64,000 nucleotides of DNA from Monocercomonoides exilis PA203. Lineage: Eukaryota > Protista > Preaxostyla. A program made the position numbers and the translations under genes. Of the stretch, positions 25,801 to 39,231 are shown one piece after another. The notes under the pieces were generated by a model. The model did not search any database, was not told the DNA's origin, and saw nothing but the letters and a program-made list of their open reading frames with translations. The stretch is from positions 124,001 through 188,000 of the forward strand of contig LSRY02000070.1 in NCBI GenBank assembly GCA_001643675.2, in the 5' to 3' direction. How positions within the stretch are numbered: the stretch's first letter is position 1; each line of letters opens with the position of its first letter.

Positions 25801-28800
25801 TTTGAGAGTGCAATGGAGTGTGTGTTGGAGGGGTGTTCGGTTTCGAATTGCAGGAGTGAAATGAGCGAGGAAGGAGGAGGGATGAAAGTGTGTCTGAAGA
25901 GAGGAGAATCAGAAGTGAGAGTTGTTGGATGCTCGCTTGGAAGGTGCTCATGCTCTGGGGAGAAGGGAAGAGGAGGAGGGATCATGATTGATGCACTTGA
26001 CCCGAACGAGGGTGGAACCAGTGGATTTGGGCCTGTTGGGATAAGGATGGAGAATGTGAGGTTTTGGGGGAACGAGGCATTTGTGGGGAAGGATGTGTTC
26101 ATCAGATGCGAGTCGATTGCCGAACAGATCAATGAAACATTATTTGTGTTTGATTTGAGTCAGGATGCTCTGAAATCCATGAACTCCATTTGTGGGTCTG
26201 ATAAAGAAAGGAATGATGTTAATCTGATTCCATTGATCACGTTCTATTATGGCCAGCAGGTGTTTGTCTCTGCAAGTGGAAGAGATGACAGACAATGTGG
26301 GGCGCAGAACAATCCTTGCTTGAGCATTGGCAGTGCTGTGAAGCATATTCAAAGAGGCGTTGTAAATATGCTTCTGATTGATGGAGAAGGGGTGATTGGA
26401 AGAGAGTGTGTGATTGGAGATATGAATGTGAAGAGTCTGAAAAAGACTCAATCGACAATCCGTCTTGAAGGAAAGATGGAGGTTGTGGGGGATGAAGGGA
26501 GTGTGATTGTATTTGTGAATGAGAGTGCTGCGGAGAAATGTGAATTTTTGTTTGGATTGAGTTTTGAATCAGAGCATTCATGCATTGTGAAAGTGAAGAA
26601 TGGAACATTGGGGATGAGCGAGTGTTGGTGGAGGAGTGTTGGAATGATGATGCTTTTGAACGGCACAATTGTGGAAGTGGAGAGTGGAGAGATGGAGATG
26701 GAGAAATGTGTTGTCAGCTGTGTTTCCACTTCACAAGAGATATTGTCATTCTGTGAAGGGAGCAAGGCTGCGATATATCAGCTGAGGATGAGCGATATTG
26801 AGAGCGAGAATGGAGGGATTGTTGATGTGAAGAAAGCAAAGGTGGAGGCGAAGGAGATATTGATGAACAATATCACCAGACAGAACAGAGGAAGCATTGT
26901 GAAGATTATGGAATGTGCAGAAAGAGTGGATTTGATGAATTGCTCGATGAGGATGTGTTTGGGGAAAGAAGTGAGAGGATGGATGGTGAGTGTGTGGAAC
27001 TGTGAGTGTGTGAATGTTGACTGTTGTGAGTTTGATGGAGAAGAGGGAGAGAGTGAAGAGAGATCAAGAAATGAGCAGGAAGAAGAAGAAAGAAGAGAGG
27101 AGATATGCAAATGGAATGGCTCAATGGTTGGATTTGAGATGAGTGAAGTGGAAATGAAGGATGCATCGATGAGAAACAGCAAGAAAGGGGGATTGTCAGT
27201 GAGTGGAGGAAATGTGGAAATTGAGAAAGGAGAGTTTTTGAACAACAATCCATTCACTGAACAATATCCTTCTCTCCGCCGAAACATCATTTGTTCTGAT
27301 TCTGCTTCGTTGACCATTTCCAGCTTGAAAGGGGGAGATGGGTTGAAAGATAATTCTTCTCTTTGGATCTTGAATGATAGATGTGATTTGAGAGGGATAG
27401 CAGGAGAAAGGTCATCTCCATTTTTCATTCCAAAGCTCAAAGAGGCATCTCTCATCGAAAATGGAAACAATATTGTTGTGAAATTCAAGGGATCTCTTTT
27501 TGTGCCTTGTGACTTGTCATTCAGACTTGTATTCAAAACAGGGGATGTGGAGTTGGTTGAGACATATCCCTTTGAGGATGATGATTTTGTGTCTGAAGAT
27601 GAAGTGATAGGAAGAATTCCATCAGAAAATATTTCAACGATTGCAGATGAAACAGAGGTGTCAGTGATGATTTTGTTTGGAAAACAATTGGCTTCGACTT
27701 TTCCACAGATTCTGAAGAACAAAACAGAACCAAAGACAGGAAATGATAAAGTGGTTGAAGGAGGAAAAGAAGAAAAATCCTATTGGTTGTTGATTGTGAT
27801 TGTTCTTGTTGTGATATTATTGATTGTTCTCATCGTCGCAATAGCCTTTATTGTGAGATGGAGAAAGCAAAAGAGACGAACAGAAGAATTGGAGATAATA
27901 GTGGAAGACAATATTAAAAAGGATCCGAAGGCATTTGAGATGGTGACAATGGAGATGTCGCCTGAGGAGCAGTGGAGGAGAGCAGAAAAGGAAGATGAGA
28001 AGAAAAATGAAGAGAGGATGAAGAAGAGAGTGTTTGAGAAAAGCTTGGGACACTCTGAGTCATCAGAGCATTTACTGAGTGAGAGCGGTTCCACAGAATA
28101 CATCCTGGGAAAAGACTCAGACAAGATTCCACAATGGGCATTGGAGAAGGTTGAAGAAGAAGAAATTCGAAAGCAGACTCCATCACCATCCATTTCTTCA
28201 ACATGTTCAACTGATTCGGATTCAACATTTGTTCGAAGGGAAGATCTGTGCCCAACAACCTCATCGATGTCTAATCTCGTGGATGCAATGGCCTGCTCTT
28301 CACCTCATGAGAAGCTGATTGTGGATCTGAGAGATTCACTATTCATGCTGCTTCATGGAAGGAACGAGAAGAAGGAGATGGCGATTGGAAGTCTTCAGGA
28401 GAGAGAGATGACAGCTGCCCAAATCCTGTTCTGGGTTGCGAATGGAGCTCTCCACTCCTTTGATGAAATGGAAAATTCACTTCAGACATTATCAAGTTTG
28501 AGTCCCCACATTGTTTTGTTTTCAGAGCATATGGTCATCTGCATTGTCATGCACTCTGACCTCTTATCAGATGATGATTCAGACTCGTCTTCCATCTCTT
28601 CATCAACTGTTGTGACTTCTGCAAGTGATGTTGACGATGACTCTTTGCCCTCATCCGCCTTTGAGGATGAGGATGCCTTCAAAAAAGAGTGCATGAGGTG
28701 GAAGGCACCAGAACTGTTGATCAACAAGAAGATGGGAGCAACAAAGGAGTCAGTTGCCTTTTCGATCGGGATGATGCTGTGGGAGTGCTTGACGCTCAAG

Positions 28801-29094
28801 ATCCCGTTTGGCGATTATGAGGCAGAGGTGGCAGGACAGAAGATAGCGAATGGAGAGAGACCGAACATAGAGATAATCAGTGAATCTCGAATGATAGGAA
28901 TGGTTGAAAAGGCGATGAGCATGAATGCAGAGCATCGCCACTCATTGTCACAGATCAAGCGGGAGTTTGTGGAATTGTTTCCGCAAAGTACAATGATATT
29001 CACAATGACTGATGCGATCTGTTTGGTGGAAAGAAGTGAGAGAATTGACTCTGCAAACGAAAGAGAATCTGGAGATGCATTTAATTTGTTATGA
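19803..29094 (+). CDS. Giant type-I membrane surface protein: Cys/Gly-rich beta-helix ectodomain, one TM helix and a degenerate kinase-like C-terminus (~3,050 aa)
   Basis: 9.1-kb ORF with repeated C..GGG(I/L/M) motifs and five CG-x4/5-(P/R)C modules. TM segment YWLLIVIVLVVILLIVLIVAIAFIVRW at 27781-27861. C-terminal RWKAPELL..FSIGMMLWECLT.KIPF..GERP. An inferred micro-exon 19803-19812 plus intron 19813-19933 gives signal peptide MKLLIMLLGMVISVYC. Confidence 0.85.
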
Positions 29095-30457
29095 TGTTTG
29101 TTGGCTTTGAATTGTTTGGTGTTGTTGTGGTGTTGTTGGAACAAAATTGTTTTCCTGTCTATCTTTGACTGTTATTCTTCTGTAATTCTCTTTTTGTTAA
29201 TGATTCAAATGTGGACTTTGGAATATGAATTTTTTGGAAAAGCATTCAAAGAAAGAATAATTGTGTGGTTTTATGTTTTCATGTGGAGTTTTCAGTTATT
29301 TATTTTTGTTGAAATTGTTTGAAACACTTCTTTTTGAGAGAGTTGAAGAATTGATTTATTTATTCGCTTGTGCATTCCCTGATGAGAATCCCAGGCCTCT
29401 GCACGTCATTCAGTATTCGCAAATTATTTTTCAATGTTTTTGTGAAAATTCTGACTTTTATTTCTTCATTTGTGTTTTTTCGTAATTTTCAGAATGTTGG
29501 AAGTGAAAAGAGATTTTTCGTTCATGAATAACTAACCTCAATTGAAATATTATTTCTAAGATTTCACTATTTGCATTTGTTCTGTTCTGTTTTGTGCGAT
29601 TCTGATCAAAGATTAGCAGTTGAAATGGTTTTTTCCAGATTTTAAAAAAACTGTCAATTTTTTGATAAAACTTTTTTCGTTGCTTATTGCTCATCACACA
29701 TTTGTATATTCATGTAACTCTTTCACATTTGTAACTCAATAGTTTATATTTCAAATTCATTTCATGCTTTCATTCACCCAATTTGTTTTTTTGGTTAAAT
29801 TTTTTTCACAATTCAAACAAATGATAAAATATTGTTTTAAAGAAATTAGAAAAAAAAACTTTGTCAGCAAGCAAACAGATTCCAATTGCCTTTTTTGAGA
29901 TCCAGGAGATGAGTGATTATCAATTACCAAGCTTCAATCTCCCCCAAAACAATCTTTCAAATAAATCCAATTTGATTCAACTTCCAATTTTAACTGGAGA
30001 TAAAGAAGCCTGTGGCTTGGTTCAATACAAACGAAATACACTCTGATATTGCTTGATTTTCCTTTTTTCAAAAAAAGATTAAAATCGAACGTCACAATTT
30101 TGGTGATTTTTTCTTTTTTCTCATTTAATAAAAATCATAAATCATAAAGAACAAAATATTATCAAAGTTAAAAAAATAACTAACAATGATTAAAAGAAAG
30201 AATTGCTTTGCGACTTCTTTTGAAACAATATTTATTTAACTAAAAATGTATTTATTGTTTAAATTTATTTTTGGTTTTAAAAAATAAGCAAGCAACTCGT
30301 TTTCTTTTGTTCATTCCTCTCAAAAAGCAACACCAAATCACCATTCCAGCTTTGCGGCTCAGCTACAACAGCAAACAGAGCACAGAATTATGAAACAGCA
30401 AATGCAACCAAGAACATCAACTGTCTCATTTATACTCCATGCTCCAAAAGAACTTGT

Positions 30458-31162
30458 ATGGAATCTTCTGCGAATACACTTCGTTCTTCTTTTGTTTCAT
30501 CGTTGATATGTTATTCTTCCTTAATATCATCTTCCTCCTCCACCTCCCCTGCCCTCTCCCTCTCTCTCACCAACTGCACCATGACCAACATCAACTCAGA
30601 ACAGTTCAGCCAACAGGCTGCCACCAATGGCGGATGCATCTCATTCGCCTCATCTGTCCCTGCCAACTCGTTTTCAGTAAGTGACACAAATATCTCCACC
30701 TGCTCTGTGAGCGAGGATACAAGTTCTGGAGGAAGAGGCGGTGCTCTCATGATCGAGTTCAATGAAGGCTCACAAGTGTCAGAATCCTCCTTTTCCATCA
30801 CCAATATTGTGTTTTCAGCCAACAAGGCCAGCGTCGGAAGAGATGTGTATTTTGTGCGTGAATCATTTGTCGCTTCTGTGAAGGAACCCTTGTTCGCCTT
30901 CATGACAAGCATCACTCAGAAAGACAACTCGATTGTTGGACATGACAGAACAGAAGCATTCGGTGATTGGGATGTCGATTTGTTTCTATTTCTCTACGAG
31001 AATGCAGCTGACAATGAATACGTGGATAGTCATCTTGGCATCAAAGCAATGTATTGCTGGCTATCAAAGATGCACTGCAAGAGCACACTCAATGCAGAGG
31101 GTCTTCTGAAGAAGGTGCAGATCATTAGACAGAAATCATTTCATGAGCTGACTTGTCGGTGA
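30458..31162 (+). pseudogene. Fragment of a related beta-helix surface protein
   Basis: NGGCISF, CSVS..GGRGGALMI, FSANKASVGRDVYF and VDLFLFLY..YVD mirror one module of the 19803 gene. No signal peptide or TM, and the flanks are degenerate. Confidence 0.65.
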
Positions 31163-32076
31163 AAATATGTGCAAACGAAGGCAAAGTCGAGAAATGTTGT
31201 GGAGATAATGCTCAAGAAGTAAGAAATGGCTTAGATGTGCATTTGATGGAATTTACATTGCTTGTCGGGCATTTATTCTCTTGTTTCATTGAATATTCCA
31301 GAAATATGCCTTTTCAAATATATAAGTTTCCCTCATCGTTTCATCTTCTCCGACATATTGAAGGCGTGTGACGTTGTGTAACCTGCCGAACGCTATTTTT
31401 GAGCTCATCCATTTCACAAAGGGATTGCTCAAATGCTCTTTCTTTCTGCCCTGTAATTCTTTCAATCTCAAAATGAAAAGGCCAGGATTGACCCCCTTTT
31501 TTGATTGCATCCCTTCTGATAGGCCTTTTTGAGCTCAAAATGACTCGTTTCATTGGCACGTCACTTTTGCTGAATTTCTGTAAGCGAACGAATATTTCTT
31601 TGCGATTCGTTAAAGAAATGAAAGATGAGGCCTGAAGATGAATTTGGGGGAAGTTGAATGAAATGATAAAAACATTATAATTTTTGTTGATCATTGAAGA
31701 AGTTAAAATGAAATGAAATGAATTTGCCAAAAGGATATTTCATCTTCAGAATTGTGAATGAAAAGTTTCAAGAAGGCTCATTCATCCATTTATCAGAAGA
31801 GTCGAAGAAAAGCGAATAAAACAAGTTTTTGATCTATTTGTTTAAGCCTCTCATTGAATGGCAAAAGCACATCAAAGTGCTGAGGTTCCAATTCAATTCC
31901 AAGTGTGCGAAAATATCATAAAAGAAGAAGAAGAAGAAGAATTAATGTTATTTATAGAAGAAGGAGTGAAATGTGCTGAATATAGCTGTCGGAGAAATGG
32001 AAGCTTGAAGATTTCATTTCTCCGAATGAAAATGTTCTAATAAGCTTATTTTGGTATTTATGGGAAGATGATGACA

Positions 32077-32363
32077 GATGAAAAGAAACTAATAGCAAAG
32101 AAGAAGAAGACGATGATGAAGAGCAAGAAGAAGACGACGACGACGAAGAGGAAGAAGAAGAGGAAGAGGAAGAGGAAGAGGAAGAAGAAGAAGAATATAA
32201 AGTTAGAGAAGATGAAAAGGAAGAGGAAGAGGAAGAGGAAGAGGAAGAGGAAGAGGAAGAGGAAGAGGAAGAGGAAGAGGAAGAGGAAGAGGAAGATGAT
32301 GATGAGAAAGAGGAAGAGGAAGAAGAAGAAGAAGAGGAAGAGGAAGAGGAAGAGGAAGAAGAA

Positions 32364-32395
<32 letters not shown>

Positions 32396-32400
32396 AGATG
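32077..32400. repeat. (GAA)n/(GAGGAA)n purine microsatellite
   Basis: Directly visible; would read as poly-Glu/Asp in one frame. Confidence 0.9.
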
Positions 32401-32489
32401 ATGTTTAGGCTTGTGTTGATCGATCTGAATGAATTGCAAACAGGTCTTTTATTTTAATTAATTCCTTCATTCAAAATACTTCCTCAGTT

Positions 32490-32772
<283 letters not shown>

Positions 32773-34468
32773 GTGCCATTCCCATCCAAAAATAGAATTC
32801 GAACAGAATAGCATTCACCTTGTTTCCCCTTTCAAACACACCACATCCCCTCCCCATCTCTTCATCAAACTCTTCTTTTCTCTTCTCAAAACGAGCAGCC
32901 ACATATTCAGCATCCAACAACACTTCCAATTTATTTCCAGCACTTGAGACACAATTCTGTTGCATTCTATTTGTTGCATGGCAATTGTTTGTTGGCTCAT
33001 CAGAACTCACTCAAAACTTGATTCTGTTGAATTTGCATTTGCAACATCTGCAGATGTTCAGATGGAATGAATGAAGCTGTTTCGAAGAAGAGATGAAAAT
33101 CGTCATGATGATTTTGGCGCGTTGCTTCACCACCACAAACTTGTTTGTTGGACGGAGTGCAACAATTGCAGAAGCAGAAAAGTGAAATGGAAGAAGAAGA
33201 AGATGATGATGAGGTTTGTATTGAAAATGAAATGAAATGATCAAGATGAATTCTTCAAAGTCTGCTGAATAGCAAAGGCGAAGATAAAAACTCATCTGAA
33301 GAAATTGAAGGCACAATGGGCAGATTTGAATTTCATAACAGACAACTGCAGCAACTGATAAGAGATCCATTCCGTTTTGCAACACGAGAATATGATGGTA
33401 ATTCAAACAACAAATTCTCAAAAACGAAGAATGCATTCTTTCCATCGGCCAAGTTATAATATCGTCAATGAAGAGATCGGAGGAGAAGGAGAAGAAAACT
33501 CATTGCTCACAAAATGCTGCATAAAATGGATTGTATCTGAGAATGAAGCTCGCAGAAATAAAAACTGTTGGTTGGAATGGAAAAAAGATTAAAAAAATAC
33601 GCAAAAATAAAAGATTTCACATTGATTATAAAAATTCCGTCAAAAGTTCACGCCTGTCCTTTCTGTCGCAAAAGTAGAAGATTGTCCAATCACTGATGCT
33701 GCCATTCTCCTTTTCCATTGTTTCCCAGTGCTCCTTTCTCCATCATCATTTTTATTCCTTAAATATCCATCTTTCTATGTTTTCATCCATTTTTTTCCTG
33801 AAAAAAATATTCCCGAATTTTATTCTTTTCCAGTGCTGTCCAATTGTTGGCATTCTTCTTCGATTTCCCTTCTCGTACAAATGCTTTGAAATTGAATTTA
33901 TTTTCATCCACTGTTCAAGTTGAATTCAACAAACTGCAATTCATATGTGCTGATTGCATCTCGCCATCCAGCACTCTTCTGATGTTCTCCTCAGAAAAAC
34001 AAATGAATTGGCCATTTTTAAAATTAATCAGATTCTTGGACTCTGAAAAGATGATTTATAAAAGAATCTTCTAAACAAACAGGAACGATAAAAGATGCAT
34101 ACATGCAAATATTTTGATTTTAAAAAAAACGTTGAATTTCCTTCAATGATGCTTTTCATAAAAATTGTCTCCCCCAATTCCATCATCAATTCCCCTCCGT
34201 CGCTGTCTCGTGCAGCCTCTCAAAATAATATCGCTCATTCCGTAGTAAATATCCGCTCACCGATCTCTCATTTCAACAAGGAATATTTTTGTTTTCACAG
34301 ATCAAATGATCTGAATATCCATTACTGCAAACAAGAAAAACATTTATCGTTTTTTCTTTCTTTCTTTGCAACGCCTTGCCAAATAATACCAACAACATTG
34401 AATGGTATAATAACTTATATTTTTATGGTTGTTTTGAGTTTATATTTTGCGCCAATTTCTTTTATCCA

Positions 34469-35957
34469 ATGATATCTGAATTCAAATCAAATGATGAATT
34501 TTCGTTGTTTTCTGTCTGCAATGCGCTTTCAAAAATGCAGGCAACAAGTGTTACCAATAGGTTTAATGGTTTGCATTCATTGTTGCATTTGAATTCTTGA
34601 TAGTTGCGATTTTATTTTTATTTTTATTTTTTGAAGAATTGTTTTCTGAGCTTGAAGATTGCAATGAGGAAGAGCAGAAACAGAAAATCGAAGAAATGAA
34701 TGGATTGATGGAAGAAATGGATAAAGAAGAATTAAAATCAGTTTTTACAAAAGAACTGTTCAATAATATACTCAAAATGATTGAAGAAGAGAAACTGATG
34801 ATGGGAAATGCAATCTTGCTGTTGAAGCACATGGGTTATTGCAACATGCTATTAAACATGATGTGTTTAAGCTTTTTTTATTCTTCGTTGAAGAGAAGAT
34901 TTGAGAAGATGGTTGCTGAAGAAGATGAGAAAAAGGAAGGAAAGGATGAAAAGCTAATTACTGATCTTAGTGAATGCATCTTATTATTTGGAGGGTTAAC
35001 ATCAATGGAATTGAGTTCTATTTTCGTGCCATGTCTGCTGAAAGTTGCATTGAAAAAGGAGGAAAACGAGGAGACTCAAAAAGAAGTGGAAATAGCACTT
35101 TTGGCGTTTAGTTGCATTCAATTATATTGTGTTTGAACATTTCGATTTTAATTTTTAAGTTATTGATATTTTTTCTTATTTTTGAACAGAATATTAAAAG
35201 AGATCTTTTCCTGAACGAGATCAAAGAAATCATCCAATATCATGAAAAGCATCACAATTTGACACGACTTGCCTTTCAGTCTGTTTGGCAGTTTTTGATT
35301 ATTCTTTCGTTCAGCACTAATTACATTGTAGACGTTATTATGGATGAGATGAATTTTGTGAGAGAGACAAAAAGAGAACTGGAAGAATTGACAAAGTGTG
35401 TTGATTGGAAGAGAGAGAAAGAAGAGGAAATAAAAGGAAAAGGGAGGAAAGATGAACTTGTTTTGAAAAGATGGCTGCGAATTTTTGAACCTTTCTTTGC
35501 TCAATGCGGATTATGGAATAAAGAATGCTCAGGGATTATTGAAAGCATTGTTCAGGTATTTCTAGTATCAAGAGATTTTGATAGTGACATAGGCAAGGAA
35601 TGCATTCGACTATTTGAAGCAGCAGCTGAAAATAGAGTTGTGAAACTTGATTCCTTGTTGAAAAGTGGTGCCATTGATGCTGCTTTGGAGGAGATTCCAA
35701 AATCAACAATCAAAGGCAAAATGACATATTATTGCTTGAAATTTTTTATTGGAATTTCAAGGCGATTGAAAATAAAAGAGATTGATGAAATGGAAAAAGC
35801 GAAAAGAAAGACAATCAAAATGGAGATATTTGACAAGTTGGAAGAAGAAGGATACGAAGATGTCATCATAAGTTTTCGTGGAATATTTGGTTTTCTTAGT
35901 GAAAATTTTCTTAAAAGATTATCTTTGAATATATCTGATTATTTTGTGAATACCTGA
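34469..35957 (+). CDS. Uncharacterised alpha-helical multigene family member B; exons 34469(or 34535)-34568, 34637-35130, 35190-35957
   Basis: Introns 34569-34636 (GTTTGC..GAAG, phase 1) and 35131-35189 (GTTTGA..ACAG, phase 0) give a continuous frame MQATSVTNRFNELFSELEDC..QKEVEIALLAF..LEEEGYED..ISDYFVNT*. Confidence 0.82.
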
Positions 35958-35968
35958 GGAAATGAAAT

Positions 35969-35988
35969 GCTTTGTATTTTGTAACTCA
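35969..35988 (+). promoter_or_regulatory. Candidate conserved 3'-UTR element GCTTTGTATTTTGTAACTCA
   Basis: The identical 20-mer occurs on the opposite strand at 36276-36295, downstream of convergent paralog C. Confidence 0.4.
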
Positions 35989-36336
35989 AACTTTTCATTT
36001 TTCTTTCCTCCCTTTTTTTTAGCTTCATTTATTATTTTCACTCAAACAATTGAACCGTTTGATTGAAATTCTCTGTGGGGACCTGATCGATCCAAAAAAG
36101 TTGAACCTTCAAAAAATGATTAACTCTTGTTTTCTCCTTTTTTCTTTTTTAATTATTATTGTAATAATTATATTATGATTCAGTTCCATTTCAAAGAAGT
36201 TTTAAAAAAATCTTTAAATAAATATTCAATTGTTTTCTATTATGTGAATTGTTGAAAGCAGAAAAAGAAAAATTATGAGTTACAAAATACAAAGCCTTTC
36301 GTTTTCTCAAGTTCAAAAAAAGAACGTGCGAATTAT

Positions 36337-37778
36337 TCAAAGATGAATGAATATAGCATCAGTAGCATTATAAAATCTATTCGTTTTTTGAAAGCTTGTA
36401 ATGATATCTTCGAATCCCTCTTCTTCTTGCTTTTTAACCACATTCCTTTTCAAGCATTTTTTTTTCGCTTCTTCCATTTCATCATCCTCCTTTTCTTTCA
36501 ACCGCATTGAAATCAAATGAAAAAAAAAAAATAAATTCAAGTGTCATTCTTCTATTCAATGTTGGCCGCAGAATCTCCTCCAAAGCAGCATCAATGGCAC
36601 CACTTTTCAGCAAGACATCAAGTTTCACAGCTCTATTTTTTGTAATTGCATAAAATAATAAAATGTATTCCTTGCATATTTCACTGTGATTATCTCTCGA
36701 TGCTCGAAGCACATCAACAATGCGGCTGATAAGTCCAGCATATTCTTCATTCCACAAATGGCATGAGTAGAGGTAATAACAAATTGAGTCGATCCATCTC
36801 AAAATAATATCCATTGTTTTCCTTTCTGTTTTCCTCATCTCTTCTTCTTTCTTCTTCCAATCCACACTCTCCGACAACTCTTCCAGTTCTTTTGTCGCCT
36901 CTCTTGCAAAATGCAGCTCATTCACCATCTCTTCTTCCAAACTGTTTTTTGGTAACCTGTTTATCAAATACTCCCAAGCACAGTGATAGGAAAGATGCGT
37001 CAGGTTGTGATGTTCTTGATGATGTTGGATGATTTCTTTGATTTCGTTCAAATACATTTCTTCTGGCTGTTTCAAACAGAAAAAATCGAAAGAAAAATCA
37101 ATGGCTTCAAAAATGAAATAGAAATGCTCATACAATATATCCAACATTGGTCAATGCGAGCAAAACCATCTCCACTTCTTTTTGTGTTTTCTCATCTTCC
37201 TCTTTCTTCAACGCAACTTTCAGAAGACAAGGAACACATATTGGATATAGATCCGAAGATAAACGGTTGTCGAGTAAAAGATAACATTCAATAAGGTTAA
37301 TAAAAAGCTTTTCGTTATTTCCTTCTTTCTTCTTATCTTCTTTAATAATCATCTCCCTAAATCTTCTGCTTAATGAAGAACAGAAAAAGTTCTCTCTGCA
37401 TATGCATTTCAAAATTTTGTAATATCCTATGTGCTTCAATAGCAAGATTGCATTTCCCATCGTCAGTTTCTCTTCTTTAATCATTTGATCGATTTTATTG
37501 AACATGTCTATTGTGTAAACATGTTCAAGTTCCTCTGTATTCATTTCATCAAACAATCTGTTCATTTCTTCAATTTTCTCTTTTTGTTCCGAAACGCTAC
37601 AGCTTTTCAATTCATCAAGCAATTCTCAAAAATAAAAAAAAAATATTTTCCCCAAATGAAAAAATCATTGAGCCTTCAAAAAAAAAAAACCATGAAAAAT
37701 GAACAAACTTGAAAACTTTTCCTTTGGGGCCATCTCTCGATCTCCGTCTTCGGTTCTGCCATCAATGAATTGTTCCAT
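36337..37778 (-). pseudogene. Helical family member C, frameshifted at the A12 run 36520-36531 (pseudogene or homopolymer sequencing error)
   Basis: Introns 37625-37708 and 37067-37133 (GTATGA..ACAG) lie at the same positions as in paralog B. The family C-terminus (RLKEKEDDEMEEAK..EEEGFEDII) continues in a different frame after the homopolymer. Confidence 0.7.
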
Positions 37779-39231
37779 TCTGTTTATTTAAAGTGCAATC
37801 CATTCGCAACGAATATACCCAACAATTAAGCAAAATCAAATAAATATAAAACATCGATGATGATCCAACAAATTGAGAAGGATACAGATTTAATCCCAAT
37901 TGTTTTGCTTTATTAATAAAGATTTGGAAACGATTTCTATGAAAGCAGCCTGATTGGCTGAGCGAGGCAAGAAATGGCAGTTTTTTGTTTCTTGCTGATC
38001 AAACCAACAAATATTCATCAAAAACAAATGGAGAATTGTTGTTCGATTCGTGATGCTCCATGAAATTGATTTCTTCCCCTTTTGGAACAGAATTTATTCA
38101 CGATACAGAAATGGAACTTGATGGGAGAGGACAGCTGCAATCAAGCAAAAGGATTGAGAAGAAGAGTTTCATGACTTTTTTGAGTTATTGACTATTTTGT
38201 CGAAAACCAAAGAACAGCCAATGTTTGTATTCCTGAAGGGCCTCGTTGGTTGTGCTATTTTACAGATTCTGATTTCATTGAAAAGGATTGAAGTGATTGC
38301 TGAAGACAAAAGAAGAGAAAAATGCCAAAATCGAAATGGATAAAACAAGCAAAAAATCATTTCCAATTCTTTACAAAATAAACCAAACGAATGGCAGAAG
38401 AACAAGGTTGAATGGCTTAATTGCAAAAGCATCATGGGCCGTCAAAAAATGGATTATTTGAAGCAAAATCTATCAAAATTGGTTTCACTGACCAAGCTGC
38501 CTGGCTTTGCGCTTGATAAGAGTTCTGCAATGCGTTTTGTTCATCCTTTTCTATTCGAATGGTTGAGCATTATTGGCAGCAAAATACATTTGCTTTCGGA
38601 TGAAAAGAGATTGGAAAAGGAGTTTTTTGGAGACGACTCTGTTGCCAAGGAGCAATGAAAAAAATGCAAATATAGTTATTCTTCTTCTTTAGAGACCAAA
38701 AGCATTATCGTTATGGATATGGAAGGAATTGGCCGACATTTCAGTTTCTGCTCCATCAGAATGAAGATGAATGGCAAACTCTTTTGTTTTCTCAAGGAAG
38801 ATGCTCTTGTGGAAATGAGGCATTCATCAGGCTATTCAGAAACTCTCCCTTTTTGCTTCAGCAATATCAGCGTGATGCAAGAGCATTATAGAATGAAAGG
38901 ACCTCTTTTCGAATGTCTCAACAATCCATCATTTTTGTATCAACATCATTTTCAGATGAAAAGTTTCCTTCTTTTCTGCATTTGAGCTGCTTCGTGATGA
39001 ACACCTTGCAGGCATCGAAAACAACAACATTCAAAAATTCTTCTTCTTCTTCATCGTCTTCATCGTCTTCTTCTTCTTCTCCTCCTTTTAATTCTTCTCC
39101 TCCTTCTTCTCCTTATTCTTCTCCTTCTCCGCATTCACCTTCTTCCTCTTCTTCTTCCTCTTCATCTCCTCACAATAAAATAAAATAAAATAAATAAAAA
39201 GAATACCCAATTCCATCTGTTTCCGTAGCTC

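Noticed and set aside
20095-29144. Antisense ORFs up to 314 aa over the receptor gene
   Set aside because: No independent motifs; explained by the codon bias of the sense gene.
37850-39000. Coding-like sequence with short ORFs (similar patches at 32800-34300, 57100-57500 and 63240-63500)
   Set aside because: Probably decayed genes, but no family could be recognised, so no call was made.
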